Source of the DNA: the human T2T-CHM13v2.0 reference genome, Homo sapiens
NCBI RefSeq assembly: GCF_009914755.1
Contig: NC_060937.1
Direction: 5' to 3' (one strand)
Length of the DNA: 64,000 nt
In this document: positions 53,801-64,000 of the stretch, piece by piece
Layout: every line of letters begins with the position of its first letter
Position numbering within the stretch: the stretch's first letter is position 1
Position numbers and translations under genes: made by a program
Notes under the pieces: generated by a model
Told to the model about the DNA's origin: nothing
Databases searched by the model: none
Seen by the model: the letters and a program-made list of their open reading frames with translations, nothing else

Positions 53801-54269
53801 TACTACTTTACAAAAAGCACAGAAAAGTAAAAAATATTAAAAACAATGCAGAAAAAATCCATATATCTAATTGCACATAAAAATTGCAAACATTTAATTG
53901 CACTATTAACTGAATCTCATTCTGTGTTCATCTTCTAAAAATTTTAATCTATTAGATACAAGAGATTGCGTTATTACCCATGAATGCCAAAACATTTCTC
54001 ATCAATAAAAAATTTAGCTCCTTGACTGCATTGAGAATGGAATAATCTATAAAATGATTCTTTCTGATTATTTCCATCACCTTTTCTTCAAATTTTGAGG
54101 TTCAAATTTGAAAACTAGGGCTTGAGGAAAACTGTAACAATAGCTTGCCTTAGTGGTATAATTCCTGACTTTCACTTACTATATGTCACCAAAGAGGAAA
54201 GCCCCAATCATGTCTACTTGGTTTCCAGATAAGAGATAAGAGTTAGGATTTAGCACATTTTTTCAAAAG

Positions 54270-54760
54270 AGTATTTTCTTAAACTGCTATTGCTCTTGTA
54301 ATAAATGGACACAAACTTAGTAATTTGAAAGAAAGTAAATTTATTACTGTGCAGTTCTAGAGTTTGGAAGTCCAAAATGGGTTTCTTGGGACTAAATCTC
54401 AGCAACTACATGGCTGCACTCTTTCTGAAGGCTTTAGGAGAAAATCTATGTCCTTACCTTTTCCACTTTCTATAGCCTACCTGCATATGGCCACTTTCCT
54501 CCATCTTCAAAGCCAGCAAGGTAAAATCTTCAAATTTCTCTGTGATTCTTTTTCCATCATCACATCCCTTTCTCTGACTCTTTTAAGTATTCTTGTCATT
54601 ATATTGGCCTTACAGAGATAATCTAGGATAAACTTCCTATCCAAAAATCTTTAACTAGATCACATTTATAAAGTCCTTTTTGCTACATAAAGTAACATAT
54701 TCACAAGTTCCAGAAAGTAGAATGTGGACATCTTGGGGGAGAAATTATTCTCCCTGCCAT
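54270..54760 (-). mobile_element. MLT1D-like MaLR LTR
   Basis: cacaaacttagtaattt..gaagtccaaaatgggttt..ctccatcttcaaagccagcaa..gtggacatcttggggg..cctgccata. Confidence 0.87.
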
Positions 54761-54980
54761 AAGTATTATATTCCTTTGCCATTCAAAAATACACATTTTT
54801 CTATTGTATTAAATAAAATCAATAAAGAAAAAAGGCTTATGAGCTCCAACACCTATTTAATGAAGCCTCAGTAGCAAGTTCCTCATTACCACTTTTCCTG
54901 AAATACCTAGATCCTCTCTTTGCCTGAGCTCCTTCTTAGCACCCAATTGACACCTCCTTAGAATATTTCCATTAGCACTT

Positions 54981-55150
54981 TGCAGCTGCATATATGTATA
55001 TGTATATGCACATATATACACACACATACAGCTGTGTATGTGTGTATATATACACACACATACAGCTGTGTATGTGTGTATATATACAGCTGTGTCATGT
55101 GTATATACACACACATATATACACATACAGGTGTGTGTGTATACATATAT
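54981..55150. repeat. quasi-palindromic (CA/TA/TG) minisatellite with CAGCTG centres
   Basis: 34-bp unit tatatacacacacatacagctgtgtatgtgtgta repeated twice, plus partial copies. Confidence 0.9.
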
Positions 55151-55472
55151 GAAAACCAATGTTTTCATCAATTTCAGATTTATTAATTTTTTTTTAGAAA
55201 AGAAAAATATTTCAAAAATGAAAATATGTAATCCAATGAGCAAACAACTTCCTCTCCTCATCATAATCTTATTCTGGTTTACATTTATTTTCTTTCAAAC
55301 CATCAGAGGTGCTGAATGCTCATAATAAATTTTCTAATGGAAGATATCTGGGAATATTAATTTAAAAATCAAACACAAGAATTAAATGTCAGGTGAATGA
55401 GTTACTCCAGAATATTTGGCTGTATCAGAAAGCATCAAGTATCATAATTGGCCTCTCTCATTTCTATATTGT

Positions 55473-55788
55473 TATTTTTATTTATGTATGTATGTATGTT
55501 TTTGAGATAGGATCTCACTCTGTCATCCAGGCTGGAGTGCAGTGGCATGATCATAGCTTACTGGAGGCTTGAAATCCTGATATTAAGTGATCCTTCTATC
55601 CCAGCCTCACAAGTAGCTAGGGCCACAGGTGCATGCCACCATACTTGGCTAATTTAAAAAAAAAGTTTTGTAGAGATAAGGTCTTGATATGTTGACCAAG
55701 CTGGCATTGAACTCCTAGCTTCAAGCCATCCTCCCAGATTGGCCTTCTAAATTGACCGTATTACTGTCGTGAGCCACAACACCCAGCT
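55473..55788 (-). mobile_element. AluJ
   Basis: Antisense Alu with J diagnostics (gatcatagcttactg; gaactcctagcttcaagccatcctccc) and a (TATG)n tail. Confidence 0.92.
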
Positions 55789-58719
55789 CATTTTAATATT
55801 ATTTATAAGCAAAAGTTATGTTATGGAACTTTGGAGTGGAAACAAATTTAAACAAAAAAGATCATAAAGGAAAGATAAAAGGTTTTAATAAAGAGAAAGT
55901 AAATAATTTCTAAACAAATATTGGGTCAAGTCTCTTCAGTTATTTTAACTAAGTTAGACCTGTGTGCCCAAAATACAATTATTCAATGCAGTTTTGAATG
56001 TTAGAATTGTCCAATAAAAATTTGATATCAGAAGTTTGATAATTTATGTAAAATTAAAAGAGAGAAAAATACTTTGAAATATTATCTGTGACATTACTAT
56101 TTTGTAGATACAGATATGTATGTTTTCTTCCTAAATTCAGATGCAAAATAGTGTGTTTTGCTTATTTTTTTTCTTTTAAAGTGGTGTTGAGGCTTCCATA
56201 AGTACAGACAAACAGAGTTTTGTTTTTCTCCCATGTCCATAACTTCTTAAACAAATTTTTTCTTATTAAGAGACCTGGAAAAGAACCAAATGGCTAAACA
56301 TGGCTGCCTAACAAGAGATGTAAGGGACTATAATGAAGCATTCAGGAATGATAAATAATAATAAGCTGTTTGAACCAAAAATAAAATATATTGTTTCCTC
56401 ATCATTTGGGGATACAAGCCTAGATATTAGACATTCTGAAGCTTGAAGAAGAAACGTTTGCTTTGCACATATTTACTATTCAGAATTTCGTCCTATTCCA
56501 TTTTTCCAAACCACACCTCAACGAACCTACTTTTTAAAAAGCTAATCTTGTACTTCTTGTGGTTTCTGCTGTACGGCTTAACTTCTCACTAGCTTCTTGC
56601 TGTGCTCAAGAACAGTGTTCGCTGCTTATCTTCTCACTTCTCATTTTAGTGGTTATCTCTTCACCATCTGATTCAGAGTCTCAAAATTGTGATGTAGTTT
56701 TTAATCCTTTGACAGAATATTCCTATCGTTTTCATTGATGTTGTCTTGGATACATCCTTTTATTTACTAATGTTAGTAGAAAAGTTAAAAGAGACAAAGA
56801 GAAGAAGGAAAATGCCATTGGTTCTAATACTTTATTAAATTATGAATATTCCTAAAAATTTTAATACGTATATCTTTCTCCAACTTAGGAAAATGTTATA
56901 CTCATACAGCCTTTAATATTGTTTTTGTTCCAATTCTTCTAGTTTGTGCATCAGAAAATATCATTGATATTGTAAGTTTATTCTTATTGTGCCTTTCATA
57001 TGTATTTCAAATGTCTTCAATAGACATTTATTTTTTAATAATTTCCTTTAAGGTATCAACGAGCTTCATTTTTTTCCAGATCGAGTAATCTGCTTACAAC
57101 ATTAATTTTGTTAGAATATACTCTACAAAAGTTCAGACAATTTATTATGTTGGTGTTGCTAAATAATTTCTGTAAAATACCTAGAAGAGTGCATGGATGA
57201 TATGTAGCAGTTGTTGACTCAATAAATGATTGGTGTACAAATAAAATTATTATTATTCTTTAACTCATTTTATTTACAAAATCTGAGCTTTTCTTTTTTG
57301 TTTCTCTGAGGTCTTTTTAATAGATATTATTTTTACCTCTTACTAAAAGAAACAATATTTTCAGTTGCATTATTTTTTAAATTATTCTTTTACTATTTAT
57401 ATACTAGATACGTTTACTTTTCAATTGGAACTCCTTTCAAAATAGTGATTATGTGTTCTGTTTTGCAAAATGGGAAATTATTTTGTTCCACTGAAAATTT
57501 TAAAGTGAAAGAAATAACAAATCCAAGAATCATTTAAGAAATATGTTTCCATTTATTTGGATGATGATTATGGAATTATTTTAAACCTTCCAATTTCAAA
57601 TTCTATAAACACTTCTAGTAGTGTTTTAATATGCAATGACCTATACAACTTTAATTATAGTCATATAAAATAAGTATGAATAAGCTCCAAATACAAATTT
57701 ACCAAAATAAAATTGGAAATCATAAATATGACACTACTAATTTTGTTTACTTGAAAATTATTGATGAAAAAACACATTTAAAGAAGATTGATTTAGAATT
57801 CTTACATATCAACCAGTAATAAAATCTATTCAAATTCATTCAAATTATGGTCTCAATAGTGTTTTTGACAGATCAAAATTTGTTATCATTTATTGCAAAT
57901 TAATTTTTTAAGGGTCAGATTACTGCAAAATCAGCCTGGCACTATTTTCTATTTTCTAGTGCAAAAAGTTTTTCTGTATATCATATAAACAATACAAAAT
58001 ATTTGAATAGGCCACAGGGAAACTGCCTTATTTCTTTATTCTTCATTATTAATCTCAAGAACTGTAGGTAAAGAAATAAAGAAATATCACCAAAGTAAAT
58101 GAATTGGCTCCAAAATAATGTATTTATGAAAGCATGTTGAGAAGGCTCTTGCTTATGGCTCATTTTTAGAATACAAAAAATGATAGAATATTTACATTTT
58201 AACAACAACAGTGCTGTCATAACAACACAATTTTGACTGCAGTGAACATGTATGTGAAAAATGCCCTGGATCAAAAACTAAATCCAAAACAGAAACAAAC
58301 AACTCAACTTTTAAGATCTTTGCCTCAATTTAATTGTAATGTTTGACTAAATATATCTTTAACATATAAAAATGAGTTCTCCATAAGGGATTTACTGACA
58401 GTAGCATGCATCTGGCATCAATATATAGTTATGATTAAATTCAAAGTTTTGAATTACAGTTAAGTATAAGAGAATATTTTAATCATCCAAAACTTTGAAT
58501 TAAGAGCCTCCAATGAACCAATAGTGTGCCTAGCAAAGGAATGTATGAAACTAAATTCTTAATAAAATCAATCATTTGCCCCTGATGTCAATTGATTCCT
58601 GAATTGATATTTCTGTTAATAAAGTCAAAGTTTGTTTTTATAAATCTGAAGTGTTGATTGTATGAACACTTAGTATAACCTGGACTACTGTGAAATAAAA
58701 AGAAAACATGAAACTGTAC

Positions 58720-59538
58720 CTTAATATATTGACCCATTTGCCATTATAAAACGGTATTGATTTTTTTGTATCAATTATTTTCTGAATAATTATATTTTCC
58801 GACATCAGCAGAGCCTCTACAGATTTCTTTTGATTATATTTTTAAGGATAAGTCTTCAATCCTTTATATTTCAAGCTATTTGTATATTTGAATATAAACT
58901 CTATCTTTTGTAGCCAGTATATAGTTGGATTGTGTTTTCTTTCTACCATTCTAATCCATTCTACCAATGTAATGTCAATTAATGTAATTTGTTTAATCCA
59001 TTTATATTTAATGTAATTATTAATAAAGTTGGGTTTATGCCTACCATTTTGTTATGTTTTCCATATGTTTAATGTATATTTTTCTTTTTTCCTATATTAC
59101 TGTTTTCTTTTTTGTTGAGTAGTTACTTTTTGCACACCATTTTAATTCACTTTATTATTTTATTATATTTTAATTATTTTCTTAGCATTTTCCATGGAGA
59201 TTAGAACAATCCTTTTAATTTGTAAGAAACTAGATTATAATAATAAGCAATATTAATAACACACAAAACTTTTCTCTGTAAAGCTCCATTTCTCTTCCCT
59301 CACATTGTTTTGCCATAAAAATACATCAGTTTACATCATGTGCTCATCAATGAAGATTTATAATTATTGAATTAAACATTGCATTTTTAGCTACATAGGA
59401 GAGGAAAAAAGTTATAACCAAAAATATATTTCTACTGCATTTTATATTAATCTATGTGTTGGCCATTATTGGTGGTCTTTATTTCTTTATGTAAATTCAA
59501 CTTACTGTCTAATGTTCTTTTCTTCTTTCCTGAAGAAC
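58720..59538 (-). mobile_element. old L1 (L1M) ORF2 5'/inter-ORF fragment
   Basis: attgacccatttgccattataa..cttttgtagccagtatatagttggattg..tttaatccatttatatttaatgtaatt. Confidence 0.75.
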
Positions 59539-60875
59539 AAAGTAGAATGATTGGCACTACATAATTTCAAGACCTACTATACGATTACAGTAATTAAGAT
59601 AATGTGGTATTGGCAAAAGGATGGGCACATAGATCAAAGGAACAGAATACATAGTTCACAAATAGACTCATACAAATACAGTCAACTGATCTTTGGCAAA
59701 GAAGAAAAGACAATTTAATAAAGAGTAGCCTTATCAACAAATTGTGCTGAAACAATTGAATTGTATATGTTAAAAAAGAAAGAATTATATATACAGATCA
59801 TGCAACATATACAAAAATTCAAAATTGATTTTAAGCTAAATTTAAATTGCAAAATTATAAATTTTCTAGAAAAATTTATGTGATTATAGTTTTGGGGATG
59901 AGTTTGTAGACAAAACACCAAAAGCATGACACATATAAAAGAAAAATAAGGTAAAATTTATAAATCATATTTATATATGTACATATATATGTGTATATAT
60001 GTACATATATGTGTATATATGCATATGTGTGTATCTATATATATATATTTCTGTGCTGAAGATTAAAATATGTCTTGGACTGATAGAAAGTATTTGCAAA
60101 GTATATATCCAATAAAAGACTTTATCTAAAATATACAAAGAACAGTTAAAACTGAATGATAAGAGATAAAAAACAACTCAAATGAAAAAGTAAGTAAAAT
60201 TTCTAAACAGACACTTCATCAAACAAGATATATGGATTGCAAATTAACTTACATATAAACAGAAGCTCAAATTCGTCATTAGAGAAATGTAAATTAAGAC
60301 AACAATGAGATTTTACTTCATACCTACTAGAATGACTAAAGCTGTCATTCATTGCTGGTGAGAATATTTAAGCTATAGAAAGTTTGGAAGACACTTTGGC
60401 AGTTTCTTATCAAGCTGGACATAGTTATACCATACAATCCAACTATCATGCTCCCAGTTATTTATCCAACTGATTGCCACTCAAAGACAAACATGCAAAT
60501 TTTCATGGCAACTTTATTCATAATTGCCAAAAATGATACAACTAAGGTGAATAGATAAACATATTGTGGATCATTCAAACAATGGAATGCTATTTAGCTA
60601 TGTAAAATCATAGATGAGCTGTTAATACATATTGCTAAGTGAAATAAGCCAGTCTGAAAAGGCTATATACCGTATAATTCTATTTATACAATATTCTAGA
60701 AAAGGCAAACCTATAGAGAAGTTAAACTTACCAATGCATACCAAGGTATGAGGGTGAAGTGAAGTTTAAATAGGTAAAGCACAGGATATTAATAGGGCTG
60801 GTAAAGTTATTCAGTATAGTACTTCAATGATTGATATCTGACACTATGCATTTGTTAAAACCCATTAAAATTGTG
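59532..60875 (+). mobile_element. L1MC/MD-like ORF2 3' part and 3'UTR, with (TA/TG)n at ~59970-60048
   Basis: aatttcaagacctactat..gtggtattggcaaaagga..caactgatcttt..aaacagacacttcatc..ctaagtgaaataagccagtctgaaaaggc. Confidence 0.88.
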
Positions 60876-60949
60876 ATCATTAGACATGGCTACCCTATGT
60901 AATTAATTAATACTATAGTCCTGATTGATAAACATCTGGTCAACCAACA

Positions 60950-61302
60950 AAACCCTGTAGATAGGGTGAACAGACATTTATGGAGGACTATATGCTAATT
61001 TTGTGTATCAATAAATGAGCAAGGAAAGAAAAGAGGCAGGGATGACTAAGCAATTAGTCATTTTTATAAAGGTTTTACAAAGCCTTTGCCAAATTGCCAG
61101 GTACTTCTGGAGTTAACAGGTTTTTATACTGAGCTGAGAAGACCAAGCATTTACAGCTCCTACCAGCTCAAGAAATGACTTCAACTGAGATAGTCTCTGA
61201 AACTGAATTAGAGCCTGGAGGGGCTGAAAATGGGATCTGAGCACTGATCATTCTCCCAAATAGCAAGTCCTTTTTTGGGCAGAATATCTCTGTGTCTACT
61301 AC
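60950..61302. mobile_element. possible old ERVL LTR (LTR16-like)
   Basis: Ends gtgtctactaca and has LTR16-like texture; weak. Confidence 0.3.
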
Positions 61303-62744
61303 ACTGATGCAATAAATTGCAATGTAGAGAAAGTTTAATTAAGACATGCTTCTAGAAATTGGGCTTGAAATATTGCATTGCTTATATTCCTAATGTATAC
61401 TACATCATCAATTTAATAAAATATTACATATTTTCTCAGCAAAAGTAGTTTCTATTGGCACCAATTATTGTGGTGTCCAAAGAAGACTGAAGGTTAGTTA
61501 GGACAGTGTAAAGAAAGGTACATTAAAGTTGGGGGATAAGAGAAAAATGAAATCAATTTTCTGAAGTGAATTATTTCTGTTCTGAATTTTCAAGGCTTTT
61601 TAAAATTATTATTTTAAAAAGTAGATTAGAGAGAACAAGTTACCAAGTAAGAGAAATGGAGTTGACAAGGTAAAAATGCATAACAATTGGCAGAAACTAT
61701 GCATACTGGTAGTGAAATATCTATTTAGGTACAGAGATTAAATTAGGGGCAACTTAACCCCTTGATAGAACACCAAGTGAAAATTGTCAAGAAATTAGCC
61801 AAGAAACACTAGGGAATTTATTCATGTTGAATTGTCAGATAATTTGTTAAGCAGTGCTTTAAATACGGTGATGAAGACTTTTAAGTTAGCTGAATAATGT
61901 ATATGCCGTTGCTTAAGTAACATTGAAAATTAAGACGACATAGTATCTTCAGAGGTACATGATTGGGTCTGATCTTGCTAGGGTTTACATTATATTTTCA
62001 GGGAATAGAAAGATATAAAAAGCATGATTGCTTATGGTATTTTGTAGATAAAATGTGACTGGGATAAATAAAGTTTTATCTTTATTTTGAATTAAATTTG
62101 AGTTGCTGAGCATACAAAAAAATTGTACATTTAAAAATTACAAAGAAATTACAAACTATCAGGGAAGTAAACATCTTAGAAAATCCAAAAATTGATGTTT
62201 CTTAAAAATGCATACATTTGCTAATGAAAATACCATATTGGAGCTTTCTACACAGGATCTTACTCATTTTGCTGTTTCTGTTTCTGAAAGGTATAAATTT
62301 GTCTATGTTAACTTTGCAAATTAATATAGCCAACATGAAAGAAAAAAAATCAATGCCACATATTAGCATGCGTATATTATAGCTGAGCTTAAAAAAAGAT
62401 ATCTTGTATTTGTGTAATTTTTGCAGTTGTTATTGTAATGCTGTATAATTTAAGCAGCCTTTCTGATAAGAAATATTTATTCTTTATTTAACCTTCATTT
62501 ACATTTTGAAACCAACTAAAATGACAATGCCCTTTTAAGATCTTATAAACACGTTAAACTTTTTTATTTTACCTCACTATCTAAAGAATATAAATTCAAG
62601 ATTGCCTTATAGTAATAACAGTTACAACTGATAGAGTGTCTCTTACAAAAAATTATTTTAGTTTATTTCTCAAGGTTTATTATTATTGTTATTATTATTA
62701 TTACTTAGTTGCTCCATATATTCAAGTGGGAAAATAGAATAAGG

Positions 62745-62875
62745 AAAAACTCGTTTACTGAGTGATGTTTTGTTCCTTGTGCTGTGCTAAATCTTTCACA
62801 AAAATTATCATATTTAATCTTAACAATGTACCCTGTGAGTTCAGTATTTTTATCCTTTATGGAAAGGAAGAATAG
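62745..62875 (-). mobile_element. MIR SINE
   Basis: tttactgagtg..tgtgctaaatcttt..atttaatcttaacaa..ccctgtgag..tatttttatcc. Confidence 0.75.
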
Positions 62876-63149
62876 TGTGTCACAGAAAACCTCTCTCATG
62901 CATCACCAATTGCTCCTTTCTTCCTCCTTCCTCCATCCTTTTATGAGAGAGGGAGGTGTTTTTACATCCAAGAGGATGAGTAGACTTTCACAGATTCCAG
63001 ATAAATGCATCTGAAAAAGAAAAACTGTTAGATTATATTCATTTCGAGATCATCATTGCTGGAAGTCAATTATCTATGATTCTCTTGCAAACAAGAGCAA
63101 AGTCTTTAAAATTGTTGTTGTTTGGGACTCTTTTCAAAGACATTTTATC

Positions 63150-64000
63150 ATAAACAGCATTGTATAGCATATTACGAGAGCTTCTGTTACACCACACTGT
63201 CACTAATGCTGACAGTTTTTATTTTTGTGCTGCAATTTCTGGTTGGAATGTAGAGATACGGTGCTGCAGTTTTAATATTCATTCCCACAATGTTAATTAT
63301 TTTTAACATGTTCCCATGTGCTTACTGGTAATTAGGCTCTCCTTTTTTATAATATACCTTTTACTTTTTTGACAATTTTTAAATTGATTGCCTGTATTTT
63401 TTAATTAAACATATTTTACCCATTTTGTACAGTATAAGAATCTTTTATTCAATAGGTGCACAGTAAATATATTATCCCACTCTTTGATTTGTCTTTTCAT
63501 AATTTTAATAGTAGAATTTAATATGTAGAATATCATAAAATATTAAAATCAATTTTATGAATCTTTGATATTTTAGTTTGTATTATTTTTTGTCCTGGAT
63601 TAAAAGAAAATGCTTTGACTCCCCCAACATCATAAAGATATCCTACTCTATTATCTTCTAGAAATGTATGGTTTTATCTTGCAACAAGCTCAACTTGCTG
63701 ATATTTTATTTTTTAATGTATAATAATATTTGTTTAAATTATGTTTGGTTTTGGTGTTTGTATTTATTTTCATGAGACTGGTTAGATTATACTTTTCCTA
63801 TTTGAAATATTCTCAGCAGATTTATATAAGAATGCCATATTCTCTTTAAATATGTTGTGGTAAGTGTTTTCTATTTTTTCCTTTTAATATGGATGAGTTT
63901 TTGCAACGTTATCATTATTTTATTTTGTATGCATGAAGAATTCAAAGTGAAGTGAAGCCATCTTGGCCTGGAATTTTCTCTTTGTAAAGATTTTTGACAT
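63150..64000 (-). mobile_element. old L1 (L1ME-like) ORF2 fragments
   Basis: ttcccatgtgcttactgg..aaagatatcctact..ttcttctagaa..gtgaagccatcttggcctgga. Confidence 0.7.

Overview
AT-rich, repeat-dense primate (human-like) non-coding DNA, either intergenic or deep intronic. I find no credible host protein-coding exon, RNA gene or CRISPR array. The listed ORFs come from Alu, L1, LTR or microsatellite sequence, or are chance ORFs. A large part of the window is transposon relics: Alus (J/S/Y), L1 fragments (L1PA to L1ME), L2, MIR, solo ERV1 LTRs (LTR12, MER4A, MER34/39-like, LTR27/28/LTR1/MER52-like), MaLR LTRs, an ERV-L dUTPase/3' LTR remnant with nested insertions, and DNA transposons (MER20, Tigger4a, Charlie1). 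The most interesting signals are: (1) a 445-bp inverted repeat with ~165-bp, ~90% identical arms at 40223-40667 that matches no repeat family I recognise; (2) a candidate ancient Ty3/Gypsy-type element at ~33.6-35.8 kb, with two diverged direct repeats flanking RT-like peptide remnants; (3) a twin-primed L1PA with an extremely short non-inverted segment; (4) an LTR12 that keeps its CCAAT array but has altered TATA and poly(A) motifs. Repeat subfamily names come from my recall of consensus sequences, and identities were estimated by eye. Both need RepeatMasker/Dfam and alignment confirmation. I cannot claim a new biological system from sequence alone.
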